DNA of 64,000 nt. Source: Bacteroidota bacterium (GTDB lineage Bacteria > Bacteroidota > Bacteroidia > Chitinophagales > LD1). The notes under the pieces are model-generated. The model worked only from the letters and a program-made list of their open reading frames with translations. It did not search any database and was not told where the DNA came from. Shown in pieces: positions 19,277 to 29,259 of this stretch; position 1 is the stretch's first letter, and each line of letters opens with the position of its first letter. The position numbers and the translations under genes are program-made. Where the stretch lies: NCBI GenBank assembly GCA_947475165.1, contig CANJLD010000007.1, forward strand, positions 83,131 through 147,130, given 5' to 3'.

Positions 19277-20100
19277 TGACTTACTCTGTTTACGAATTCT
19301 TCACCCGCGATGAAATTGAACGCGACTGGCTCATTTCCATTCTAATCGATTTTCATTTCGAGGGCTTTGAAGAAACCTCTGAATCCCTTAAAGCTTATGT
19401 TCCTTCTGAAAAAGCAAGTGACATAACTGTTAAAGAAATTTTGTACGATAACGAATTGCATCACTTGCAGTTCTCATCGCATCCGTTGGAGGATAAAAAC
19501 TGGAACGAAGAATGGGAAAAAAATTTTGAACCGGTGGTGATTGCTGATAAAGTTGCTATTCGCGCACCTTTTCACAAACCTTTTAAAACGGAATTTGAAA
19601 TTATTATTGAGCCGAAGATGAGTTTTGGTACCGGTCATCATGCCACAACTGCTTCTATGGTTGAGGGAATGTTGAAGGAGAATTTTGAGAATAAAACTGT
19701 TCTTGATTTTGGAAGCGGGACAGGTGTGCTTGCAATTCTTGCTGAGAAACTAAAAGCCAGACATATCGTAGCTATTGATAACGAGGAATGGGCATACAAC
19801 AATTGCATAGAAAATGTGGAAAGGAATAATTGCGGTTGTATAAAAACAATTAAGGGAGATGATACTTTCGTGTTCAGCGAAAAATTTGATATTATTTTGG
19901 CGAACATCAACCGCAATGTGATTCTTAGAAATATTTCGTACTGGGAAAATCTACTGAACCCTAAAAGCATCTTAATGGTGAGCGGAATTTTACAGAGCGA
20001 TGAAAAAGACATTATCAGCGAAGCGCAGAAATGCGAGTTGCAGATAAAGCATATTATAAGAAACAACGGTTGGGTGGCGATTACATTTGAACTTAATTAA
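19276..20100 (+). CDS. prmA: Ribosomal protein L11 methyltransferase
   Basis: 274 aa with SFGTGHHATT and VLDFGSGTGVLAI motifs. Its start overlaps the tpiA stop codon. Confidence 0.9.
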   Translation: MTYSVYEFFTRDEIERDWLISILIDFHFEGFEETSESLKAYVPSEKASDITVKEILYDNELHHLQFSSHPLEDKNWNEEWEKNFEPVVIADKVAIRAPFHKPFKTEFEIIIEPKMSFGTGHHATTASMVEGMLKENFENKTVLDFGSGTGVLAILAEKLKARHIVAIDNEEWAYNNCIENVERNNCGCIKTIKGDDTFVFSEKFDIILANINRNVILRNISYWENLLNPKSILMVSGILQSDEKDIISEAQKCELQIKHIIRNNGWVAITFELN

Positions 20101-20112
20101 GAAACATACCGC

Positions 20113-23100
20113 ATGAAGAAATTCCTGTTACCGGTTATCCTGCTTTCATTCACATTCAGTTTGCAGGCGCAGCAATTGCTCATTACATTTTCTAAGGAGA
20201 AAGCACAGTTTGTAAAAGACTTTAACGCTTTTATGACGAGCAACAAGATGGAGCAGAACATCAATGCCATGAATGCTTTTGAAAAAGCAGTGAAGGATGG
20301 AAAGGTTCCCGATGCATGGTTCGAAAAAATGGCGATGAATTGCAATAGCATGAGCGAGCGCAACATGACTCCATTCTCGCATTTCATTCCCTACTTAAAT
20401 GCAGTGATGAATGCCGCGCAAACCAAACAAACCGATGCGCACTTTATTGCATGGGCAGATTTTATTACCGATGTAATTGACGGACAGAAGAAAGGGGATA
20501 ACAATGGTTTCTTAAAAGCAATTGATTTCTCCATCGGTTTTTTTCAGGATGGTTCTTTGTTGAGCACACCGGCTAAGTCGTGGAAGGTGTTAGCTACTGA
20601 TTACAAATTTGAGAGTGGCGGCTTGCGTCCTTATGTAAGTTTTCCAACTACAACAATTCTCGGTTGTGTAAAAGGCGATACACTTTCTATAAAACAAACT
20701 GCCGGTGATTACTATCCGCTCGAAACAAAATGGGAAGGGAAAAGCGGCAGAGTAGATTGGGCAAGAGCCGGTTTAGATGCGAACAAAGTTTTCTGCACAT
20801 TTAAAAACTACACCATCAACACTTCTAATTTCAATTATAGTGTTGATACGGTTACGTTTACGCACTCCGAATATTTTAAGACTACGCTATCCGGTAAACT
20901 CATTGATAAAATGGTTTCAAGTTCGGACTCTGCTACTATGAGTTATCCACGCTTTCAGTCGTACGATATGGGTATGACGATTAAAGAAATTGCGCCTAAT
21001 GTTTCTTACACCGGTGGCTTTAGCTTGAATGGAGTGAAGGTGTTGGGTTACGGTACACCGGAAGAAAAAGCATTGCTTAGTTTTTATGCACGCGATGGAA
21101 AAACAAAAGTATTGTCTGCAAAAGCGGCAACTGTTTCCATTAAGAAAGGGGAGGAATTAGGTGCGGATAAAGCTGAGGTGTCTATCTACTTCGGAACTGA
21201 TTCTATTTACCATCCGCAATTGAGTGTGGTGTATAAAATTCAGAAACGCGAGATACGTTTGCTGCGCGGAGAAACCGGTATGGGTAAAGCAAAGTTTACC
21301 GATTCATATCACAATCACGAATTTCAAACCGATGCTATTTTTTGGAACATGGATTCCTCTATCCTTAATCTGAAAATTTTATCCGGTGCCGGTCAGAAGC
21401 CGGGCATCTACGAATCGGTAAATTATTTTCAAAAAGAATTGATTCGCAAAACACAAGGCTATGCCTCGTATGAACCGCTTTCGATTCTTAAACGTTTGTA
21501 TGAGAAAACGGGTTCTCGCGATATAAATACAATTGATTTAGCTCGCGCGTTGGATCCGAATTTAAAAGAAGGCGAGATAAAATCTTTGCTCTACACATTG
21601 GTGGAGGGCGGGTTCATTCTTTACAACGAAGAGTTGGGAGTAGTAACAGTGAAAGATAAAACACTCAACTACGTTTTGGCAAACGCCAAGAAGATTGATT
21701 ATGACCTCATTCACATCAAGTCGGCTCCGCAGTCGGGTAATGACTATATCGATTTAAAGAGCAGCAATATAGATTTGAAAGGGGTGAAGGAAGTTCCTAT
21801 CAGCGATACAGCGTTTGTGTATTTTATTCCGAGGAACAATGCAATCAGTTTGCAGAAAGACCGCAACATGGAATTTGACGGATTGATTTATGCCGGTCGC
21901 ATGGATTTGTTTGGAGAGAAATATAAATTTCAATACGCGCCATTCACCGTTGATTTAACTAAGGTAGATACTATGCGCATTAACGTGCCTGATAGTCTTG
22001 GAAGGTTAGATGAAAATGGAAATCCTATTCTGATGCCTATTCGTTCGCGGATAGAAAACATGAAAGGGCTTCTAGAAATTGATGCACCAATTAATAAATC
22101 GGGTAGAACAAAGTTGCCGCAATTTCCGCGCTTATACAGCCGCGAGAAATCTTATATCTACTACGATGACCCGACTGTTGCAAAGGGAGCTTACAGTCGC
22201 AAAGATTTTTATTTCGAATTAGAGCCGTTCCGGTTAGATAGCTTAAACAGTTTCAGTGTAGACATTATCAACTGGAAAGGGAAATTTCAATCCGGTGGAA
22301 TTTTTCCGGATATAAAAGATAGTGTGCATTTGCAAGGCGATGGTTCGCTCGGTTTTAAATCTGAAACGCCACCGGGTGGTTACGATTTGTATAAGGGCAA
22401 AGGAAAATACTGGGGCAAATTTGAATTGAATTATGATGGAATGAAAGCTGATGGAAGAATTACTCATAGCACGGCAGATTTCACTTCGCATGATATTCGT
22501 TTGTATCCTGATTCAATGATGGGCACAACCGATACGATTAGAATTGCAAAAACTTTTGAAGGCGTAAAGACTCCTTCAGTTTTTGGAACATCAGAGAAAA
22601 TTTTCTGGAGACCCAAAGCGGACAGCATGCACATTAACATGATGAACAAAGAGCAGCCGTTTACCATGTATGATGATAGCACTACCTCGTTTAAAGGTAA
22701 TTTGTTATTGACAGCAAAAGATTTGCGAGGTAATGGTTTGTTGGACTGGAGCGAAGCAACACTTGAGTCAAAAGATTTTGCTTTTCATACGATGGATTTA
22801 GCGGCAGATACAGCCGCGCTGAATATTAAGAGTACCGGTGATAAGGTTACGTTCAAAACCCCGAATGTAAATGCGAAGGTTGATTTTAAAACGCGTATTG
22901 GAGATTTCGTTTCAAATCAAAAAAATATTCCTACTGAGTTTTCTTACAATCAATACACTACTGCCATCAACCAGTTTAAATGGTTTATGGATGAAAAAAT
23001 TCTTGACTTTAAAGCACCACCAGGCGGGCCGGGTGAATATTTTACTTCTACACGACCGGACCAAAAAGGTTTGAAGTTTTTAGGCAAGCGTGCTACTTAC

Positions 23101-25227
23101 AGTTTGATAACATCGGTGTTGCGCGTGGAGCAGGTTCCTGAAATTCGTGTGGCAGATGCAAGTGTGGTACCGGATAGCGGTGTGGTGGTAATTGAAGAAG
23201 GAGCGAAGATGCACCAGTTGATTAACGCAACCATTATTGCCGATACGCTTACTAAATATCATAAGATTGAACGCGCTACGGTTGATATTTACAGCAAGGA
23301 AGAACTGAAAGGTTTTGGGGAATATCAATACAACACCAAATCGCTGAAAGAGATTATTGCCTTTAACGATGTATTGTGCAAGAAAGAGAAAGAAGGCGAG
23401 CGCAAAAAAGCGCACGACATCTGGCAATTGAATGCAAAGGCTTCGATTGATAAAGAGAAGAATTTTGTGATTTATCCGGGAGTGAACTTTACCGGTGATG
23501 TGAGTTTGCTTTCGATAAATAAATTTTTGAACTTTAAAGGCTTTGCTGCCATAGGATTAAAATATCCCGGAGTTAATACTTCCGATTTTCTGATTGACCA
23601 GGATGTAGACCCTAACAAATTAGAATTAAAATTTGGCACCGAACTGAAGAATGCAAACGGAAATTATGTGAGTGCAGGTATTCACCTGAATGCCATGGAA
23701 GAAGCACCGGAGATGTATGCTACTTTCCTCGGCTCTAAAAAAGATGGGAACGATATTACGCTGTTCAAAACAACAGGTATTGTAGCGCAGAATGCAACTG
23801 GTGAGTATTTGTATGGCGATGAAAAGAAAATTAAAGACAATGCCTCGCGCGGAAATCTTTTGCGCTACGATGATAAAAAGGGAATTGCAAAGGCAGAAGG
23901 TGATATTGATTTAGGTGTAAAACTCGGATTGATAAAAACCAAAGCAGTTGGTTACGGAGAAGTTCTCTTAGACAGTTCGAAATACAAATTCAATTTGACT
24001 TTTGGTGTTGATGCCAACATTGATTCTAAAATTCAGGAGCGTTTGGAGTTTTATATGGCAGGCGACAATGTTGACTTAGCCGATATTAACTACGAAACCG
24101 AAAAGCAACGCAAGATGATGTGGATGCTGACGGATGAAAAAGACGACAAAAAACTTCTCGAAGAATTTGAGAAGGCACCGGTGTTTACTAAGCGCCCGAA
24201 AGATTTTAATTACAACCTTGTTTTCAGCGATGTGAATTTTGTTTACGACTCCATTGATATTTCTCTCCGCTCGGTAGGCAAAATTGGTTTGGCTATGATT
24301 GGCAAGAAAGTCATCAACAAAAAACTGGAGGGCTATATCGAGTTTCAATACAAAGGAGGAGCAGATATTATGACCATTTATTTAAAGACCGGTACCAACG
24401 ACTGGTTATTTTTAGAATACCGCCCTGGTACGCTCGGTGTGCTTTCGAGTTACGATGATGTAAACACTGCCCTTGGTACCATTGCACCGGAGAAGAGAAA
24501 GATTACCGGTGAGAATAAACGCTTCTACATGTATACCCTCGGCTCATCGCTTAATAAAGCCGACTTTGTGGAATACATGGCTGATAAGGCAAAGGGAATT
24601 TTCCGCGAGCGTTTTGTAGAAAAGGATATTGTGCTGCCGGAAGATACCAGTATGCTGTATGGCGATTCGGCTTCGCTGGAGAACGGAATGCCTGAGCAAA
24701 AAATAACAACACCGGAGCAGCAAGAAAGAAATCAAATGCAGGAGGAACTCAACAACATTGAGAAGATGAAGATGAATAATCAAAGCATTCTTTCTGGAGC
24801 ACCACCGGATAGAAACAAACCGAAGACAGATACTCTGCAACAGGAAACTCCGAAAGAGCAATTGATAGAGGAACCGAAACAGGAAACAGTTAAACCGGTA
24901 GAGCAGAAAGCAGATACGATTGTGGAAGAAACTGTACCGGTAGAACAGCCAAAGAAAAAAAGCAAGAAGAAGGCGAAAGAAGAGCAGATAATAGAAACAC
25001 CTAAAACGGGAACACCGGTTCAAGAAACACCTAAAGAGGAACCGAAGGTTGAAACACCGGTACAGGAAGTTCCGAAAGAACAGCCTAAACCTGAAAAACC
25101 GGTAGAGCAACCAAAAGCCGAAACGCCAAAGCAAGAGGAGCCAAAAGCTGAAACGCCTAAAGTGGAAGAACCAAAAATTGAAGCCCCAAAGCCGGAAACA
25201 CCAATGGTGGATAGTCTTCCCAAATGA
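20113..25227 (+). CDS. Very large secreted protein of unknown function with a Pro/Glu/Lys-rich C-terminal tail
   Basis: 1704-aa uninterrupted ORF with the signal peptide MKKFLLPVILLSFTFSLQAQ. I recognised no catalytic motif. The last 140 aa or so are low-complexity ETPK/EEPK/EQPK repeats. It starts 12 nt after prmA. Confidence 0.7.
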   Translation: MKKFLLPVILLSFTFSLQAQQLLITFSKEKAQFVKDFNAFMTSNKMEQNINAMNAFEKAVKDGKVPDAWFEKMAMNCNSMSERNMTPFSHFIPYLNAVMNAAQTKQTDAHFIAWADFITDVIDGQKKGDNNGFLKAIDFSIGFFQDGSLLSTPAKSWKVLATDYKFESGGLRPYVSFPTTTILGCVKGDTLSIKQTAGDYYPLETKWEGKSGRVDWARAGLDANKVFCTFKNYTINTSNFNYSVDTVTFTHSEYFKTTLSGKLIDKMVSSSDSATMSYPRFQSYDMGMTIKEIAPNVSYTGGFSLNGVKVLGYGTPEEKALLSFYARDGKTKVLSAKAATVSIKKGEELGADKAEVSIYFGTDSIYHPQLSVVYKIQKREIRLLRGETGMGKAKFTDSYHNHEFQTDAIFWNMDSSILNLKILSGAGQKPGIYESVNYFQKELIRKTQGYASYEPLSILKRLYEKTGSRDINTIDLARALDPNLKEGEIKSLLYTLVEGGFILYNEELGVVTVKDKTLNYVLANAKKIDYDLIHIKSAPQSGNDYIDLKSSNIDLKGVKEVPISDTAFVYFIPRNNAISLQKDRNMEFDGLIYAGRMDLFGEKYKFQYAPFTVDLTKVDTMRINVPDSLGRLDENGNPILMPIRSRIENMKGLLEIDAPINKSGRTKLPQFPRLYSREKSYIYYDDPTVAKGAYSRKDFYFELEPFRLDSLNSFSVDIINWKGKFQSGGIFPDIKDSVHLQGDGSLGFKSETPPGGYDLYKGKGKYWGKFELNYDGMKADGRITHSTADFTSHDIRLYPDSMMGTTDTIRIAKTFEGVKTPSVFGTSEKIFWRPKADSMHINMMNKEQPFTMYDDSTTSFKGNLLLTAKDLRGNGLLDWSEATLESKDFAFHTMDLAADTAALNIKSTGDKVTFKTPNVNAKVDFKTRIGDFVSNQKNIPTEFSYNQYTTAINQFKWFMDEKILDFKAPPGGPGEYFTSTRPDQKGLKFLGKRATYSLITSVLRVEQVPEIRVADASVVPDSGVVVIEEGAKMHQLINATIIADTLTKYHKIERATVDIYSKEELKGFGEYQYNTKSLKEIIAFNDVLCKKEKEGERKKAHDIWQLNAKASIDKEKNFVIYPGVNFTGDVSLLSINKFLNFKGFAAIGLKYPGVNTSDFLIDQDVDPNKLELKFGTELKNANGNYVSAGIHLNAMEEAPEMYATFLGSKKDGNDITLFKTTGIVAQNATGEYLYGDEKKIKDNASRGNLLRYDDKKGIAKAEGDIDLGVKLGLIKTKAVGYGEVLLDSSKYKFNLTFGVDANIDSKIQERLEFYMAGDNVDLADINYETEKQRKMMWMLTDEKDDKKLLEEFEKAPVFTKRPKDFNYNLVFSDVNFVYDSIDISLRSVGKIGLAMIGKKVINKKLEGYIEFQYKGGADIMTIYLKTGTNDWLFLEYRPGTLGVLSSYDDVNTALGTIAPEKRKITGENKRFYMYTLGSSLNKADFVEYMADKAKGIFRERFVEKDIVLPEDTSMLYGDSASLENGMPEQKITTPEQQERNQMQEELNNIEKMKMNNQSILSGAPPDRNKPKTDTLQQETPKEQLIEEPKQETVKPVEQKADTIVEETVPVEQPKKKSKKKAKEEQIIETPKTGTPVQETPKEEPKVETPVQEVPKEQPKPEKPVEQPKAETPKQEEPKAETPKVEEPKIEAPKPETPMVDSLPK

Positions 25228-25315
25228 TTTGCTAACTAAAAATAAGAGGCATCTGTTGAGGCTAAAGGAAGGTAACGGATTAATAAGTTACACGCCTTTT
25301 TTGTATGGCTGAAAC

Positions 25316-25669
25316 TTATTTCAACTTTCTCGCAATGCTTCCAGTCAACCCACCAAACCCACCCACCAAACCTCCCACCGAACCGGTGATGAGATAAAGT
25401 ATTGCAGGACTTCCTTTGGTGAGTGCTTTCATCAAGTCTGCTACTTTGACAACAAGAATATTTTCGTTGGCAGAAGAAAGTATAAACGCATAAACCGTCC
25501 ATAGCAAAAAGATGGCAATAAAGCCGGAGAGAAACGCCATGAAAGAATTTTGCTTAATGAACAAAGCCACTGCAAATGCAGTAACAGCTATTATCCACCA
25601 CGGTAAATAGAGTTGCAATAGGAGAGAAGTAATAGCAATAAGCAGTATGGAGACGATAAAATTTTTCAT
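25316..25669 (-). CDS. Small integral membrane protein (3-4 TM helices)
   Basis: I prefer the start at 25669 (MKNFIVSILLIAITSLLLQLYLPWW), which abuts the acylase stop codon. The protein is hydrophobic throughout, with a Gly-rich C-terminus GGLVGGFGGLTGS. Confidence 0.5.
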   Translation of the reverse strand: MKNFIVSILLIAITSLLLQLYLPWWIIAVTAFAVALFIKQNSFMAFLSGFIAIFLLWTVYAFILSSANENILVVKVADLMKALTKGSPAILYLITGSVGGLVGGFGGLTGSIARKLK

Positions 25670-25671
25670 GA

Positions 25672-28161
25672 TTATTTTTTCGGTTTGTATGTTCCAGTAA
25701 ATAATTTCTTCCATCGTAACTCATCGCCCGGATGCGTGAAATTTGTTTCAAAGTATTCGCCTCTAGCCCAGGTAGAAACCATGTTGTCGTAAAATTTGCT
25801 GCCCGGGTTGCCCGATTGTCCACCTGGATAAACTACAAAAGCTTTCATGCTGCCCTCATCTACAATCATTCGCCATGATGGACCGTGTGTTGCGTTGGTC
25901 GCATTAATAATTCCGATGTTGCCTCCGTTGTAAACGTTCAAACTGCTGAACGCTTCCTGTTTGCCCAGGTGTGCAATTCTTGTTGCCTTATGTGTTCCCC
26001 AATCGGTAACAGAATCAGGGTGATGGTATTTAGCCATAATGTTTTGCATGGCTAACTGAAACGAGTAGGTAACAGTTTCGTTCCGGTTCTCTTTTTGTCG
26101 CGTTGCTTTAATGTCGTAAAACTCACTGGTGCTATCCGTCTGCAACAATTGAATAGTAACAACCTGGTTCGGGCGTTTCATGGGGTTGTTGGGGTCTAGC
26201 ATTTCATCCCATAACCAATCGCGCAAAGTGCTCCACCATTCTTCAAAATAAACTGCCGCTTTCGAATCGGGGTTGTCGTAGTAATCCCATGTTCTCATTT
26301 TTTCAATAGCTGGTTTAAAAGCAGAATTGATTTGGCTCATGTCAAGGCAACTCAACATAACAGGCAATACTTCCTGCGCAAACAAATTGTAATTGTCGTT
26401 CTGCATCTTCTTCATAAACTCCACATCAATTTCTTTTCCATCGGCAAGAATTTTATTGATGCTCCTGTTGCGGAACTGCTCGTAAACACCAACACCGGGA
26501 TAGTAATATGGATAAGTAGAATCGGTAGGGTGTTGATTGGCACTACTCACAAAACCACGTTCCGGATTTACACTCAAAGGATTTACATCAGCAGGAATAA
26601 AATCTGTCCACTCATCTTTAGACGTTGTTCCGTCACTCAAAAATTTTCCCTGTTCGGTTGCTTTGTTGCGGATAGGAAACAAGCCCTGCTCCTTAATAGC
26701 CACATCGCCACTTCGCGATGCAAAAACAAAATTCTGTGCAGGACAGGTGTAAGTTTTCAAAGCGTTGGTATAATCGGTGTAATTCTTTCCTTGGTTCAAT
26801 AAGTAAAATGTTTTGAATTCGTTAGAAGGAAGGTGAGCCGTCCAGCGCATAGCGAGAAATTTTTTGTTTTCAGCAACTCCAAAATTTTCATCAAACACCA
26901 CCGGTCCAAAGCGCGTGTAAAGAACCGTTTCTATGTATTCTTTTCCACCGCGAACCTTGTAATGCTCTTCGCGCTTTTCTGTTTTCAGCCAAGCACCATT
27001 GTATTCATATTCATTCTTCGAATCATCTTTAAACTTCAGTTTATACCAATCGCGCACATCGCGTCCCGCGTTGGTAACACCCCAGGAAATAGAATCGTTA
27101 AACCCAATAATCACAGCCGGTGAACCGGGAAGCGTTGCTCCATAAACATTCATTGTAGGAGAAACCAAATGCATCTCATACCAAATAGAAGGAAGTGAAA
27201 GCTGCAAGTGCGGGTCGTTACAAAGAATAGGTTTCCCGCTTTTTGTTTTCGAACCACTAACCGCCCAATTGTTCGAGCCGTTTATCTCATCAGGCTTTTG
27301 CAATGCATTTGCATAAGTTTCTGGTTTCTGGTTTCTGGTTTCGAGTTTGGCTGTTGTTTCGTGTTTCGTATTTGGTGTTTCGTATTTCGTTCCAATAGGA
27401 ACAATCGGGTCATCGCCCGCCCAGTAATCGGGGTAGAGTTTTCTGAAATTCTCTTCGCCAAACTTTGCAATGAAGTTCGTGTTCTCAATATCATATTCAT
27501 AAACCGAAAGCATGTTTGCCATGTTCTTTAACAGCAAAGCCACTTTAATCGGTTGCCACTCTTCGGGCGAATAGTCGAGCAGTTTATATTCGAGCGGATA
27601 ATCTTTCGGATTCAAATTTTTGATGTAAGCGTTTACACCTTTGCAATACGCGTCAATTAGTTTCTTGCTTTCGGGGTCTTTGGCAATGTATTCCTGCGCG
27701 GCTTCGGCACCGTATTGCATTCCTATTCTTCGTTGTAGCCGGTCGCTCTCTAATGCTTTTTCTCCCGCAACTTCGCTTACTCTTCCTGCCGCATTATGCG
27801 TTTGCACTTCCATTTGCCACAAGCGGAATTTGGCGGTGATATAGCCCTGCATGTAATAAAGGTCTTCATCGTTCTTCGCAAATATGTGAGGTACCAACCG
27901 GTCATCGAAATAAACTTTTACTTCTTCTTTCAATCCATCAAGGTTGGCTTCTTCATCTTTCCAGGTTTTTACATTCTCTGCATTCTGCCAAAAACCGGTA
28001 AACGGATTTAGAAATTTTCCGAACGGAGGAATCTGCCCGATTTTAGAATTGAGCGCGACAATTAATGCAAGTGTTATGCTGAGCGAGAGAAAGAGTTTGA
28101 AATATTTCACAGCGTAAAATTTTGTGTGAAGGTATTTATTTGAAGAATTTGCCGAAGCCAA
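25672..28161 (-). CDS. Penicillin/AHL acylase family Ntn-hydrolase
   Basis: 829 aa with an N-terminal anchor. A spacer is followed by GSNNWAVSG, the nucleophile Ser at the beta-subunit N-terminus. The length and motifs fit peptidase family S45. Confidence 0.85.
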   Translation of the reverse strand: MASANSSNKYLHTKFYAVKYFKLFLSLSITLALIVALNSKIGQIPPFGKFLNPFTGFWQNAENVKTWKDEEANLDGLKEEVKVYFDDRLVPHIFAKNDEDLYYMQGYITAKFRLWQMEVQTHNAAGRVSEVAGEKALESDRLQRRIGMQYGAEAAQEYIAKDPESKKLIDAYCKGVNAYIKNLNPKDYPLEYKLLDYSPEEWQPIKVALLLKNMANMLSVYEYDIENTNFIAKFGEENFRKLYPDYWAGDDPIVPIGTKYETPNTKHETTAKLETRNQKPETYANALQKPDEINGSNNWAVSGSKTKSGKPILCNDPHLQLSLPSIWYEMHLVSPTMNVYGATLPGSPAVIIGFNDSISWGVTNAGRDVRDWYKLKFKDDSKNEYEYNGAWLKTEKREEHYKVRGGKEYIETVLYTRFGPVVFDENFGVAENKKFLAMRWTAHLPSNEFKTFYLLNQGKNYTDYTNALKTYTCPAQNFVFASRSGDVAIKEQGLFPIRNKATEQGKFLSDGTTSKDEWTDFIPADVNPLSVNPERGFVSSANQHPTDSTYPYYYPGVGVYEQFRNRSINKILADGKEIDVEFMKKMQNDNYNLFAQEVLPVMLSCLDMSQINSAFKPAIEKMRTWDYYDNPDSKAAVYFEEWWSTLRDWLWDEMLDPNNPMKRPNQVVTIQLLQTDSTSEFYDIKATRQKENRNETVTYSFQLAMQNIMAKYHHPDSVTDWGTHKATRIAHLGKQEAFSSLNVYNGGNIGIINATNATHGPSWRMIVDEGSMKAFVVYPGGQSGNPGSKFYDNMVSTWARGEYFETNFTHPGDELRWKKLFTGTYKPKK

Positions 28162-28209
28162 TTTGTGTCTGGCATTTTGCTTGTTAGTATAAATATGTTT
28201 CTTCGAATA

Positions 28210-28857
28210 ATGGCAGAAGAGAAAAACAGTTTCTGGAAAATAGTTATGATTTCATTTGTGCTGGTAGCGGTGCTGTGGATTGTTTTTTTGTTGCAGGAGT
28301 TTGGCATAATAAATACTGACAGGTACGGCAACTGGCCTCATCATATAGAAGGACTGAAAGGAATTATTTTCTCTCCTTTTTTGCATGTAAGTTTCGAACA
28401 TCTCATTTCCAATACACTCCCCATTCTTGTTTTATTGACCGTTCTTTTGAGTGCATATCCGCGCATGGCTCTTCCGGTTTTGTTTTTCATTCATATAGTA
28501 AGCGGCATATTAGTTTGGATGCTTGCACCGGATACGGGAGTTCATATAGGAATCAGCGGAATTATTTATGGCATTGCAGCGTTTTTAGTGGCATCCGGAA
28601 TTTTTAGGAAGGATAGAGGCTCAGTTGCCATTGCCATTTTTGTTGGCTTAATGTATGGCGGAATGGTAATTGGATTTATTCCTACACAGGGCGTTTCGTG
28701 GCAGAGTCATTTATACGGTGCGCTTTGCGGAGTTGTAATGGCAATTATATTCCGTAAAACAGATTTACCGGAACCAACTGGAATTGAATTGGAGAAGACA
28801 GAAGAGGAAAGGCATTTTTTTGAAAGCGGAGAACCGAACCAACCAACAGAGAATTAA
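28210..28857 (+). CDS. Rhomboid family intramembrane serine protease
   Basis: It has six or more TM segments. The catalytic GISGIIYG (GxSG) motif and a downstream His in WQSHLYGALCG are present. The start is uncertain (28165 or 28210). Confidence 0.8.
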   Translation: MAEEKNSFWKIVMISFVLVAVLWIVFLLQEFGIINTDRYGNWPHHIEGLKGIIFSPFLHVSFEHLISNTLPILVLLTVLLSAYPRMALPVLFFIHIVSGILVWMLAPDTGVHIGISGIIYGIAAFLVASGIFRKDRGSVAIAIFVGLMYGGMVIGFIPTQGVSWQSHLYGALCGVVMAIIFRKTDLPEPTGIELEKTEEERHFFESGEPNQPTEN

Positions 28858-29213
28858 ATTTCCGCAAATTGCATCTGGCTTTCGCTGGCTATTAACTGAA
28901 ACGAGCGAATGTGTTTGTCAGTTTCTTCGATAGTAATAACACAGTTGCTGTCATCTGTCCAGTTAAACTTTACATTCTCGTTATTCAAATCACCGGCAAT
29001 TACTTCTAAAAGTAATTTGCCTTCTTTAAAGTCGTAAGCTTTTACTGTAATCTCTGTTTTAAAAGGGTCGAGTGCGCTGCTTCGTGTGGCAGAAATTTTC
29101 ACTTTCACTTTTCCGTTGGCAGAAATGTTTTCAACTAAAGCGGAGGTCTTGCCATTACACGAAGAAAGAGAAATGATAGTAGTGAGGAAAAGAATGGAGA
29201 TAATGTTTTTCAT
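28854..29213 (-). CDS. Small lipoprotein, function unknown
   Basis: 119 aa with a signal peptide and lipobox LSSCNG. The rest is predicted to be all-beta. Confidence 0.5.
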   Translation of the reverse strand: MKNIISILFLTTIISLSSCNGKTSALVENISANGKVKVKISATRSSALDPFKTEITVKAYDFKEGKLLLEVIAGDLNNENVKFNWTDDSNCVITIEETDKHIRSFQLIASESQMQFAEI

Positions 29214-29259
29214 CTTTTTTTGTTTCTATTTCTAACGAAGATGGGCATTTGAAATTTTG

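Noticed and set aside
24544-25134. Long antisense ORFs opposite low-complexity coding regions. Examples are 24544-25134, 25020-25223, 31788-32201, 31978-32265, many plus-strand ORFs inside 34.2-36.8 kb, and 7090-7485.
   Set aside because: They mirror repetitive or compositionally biased sense-strand genes that have clear homology-type motifs. Their products are Phe/Leu/Arg/Cys-rich nonsense with no motifs.
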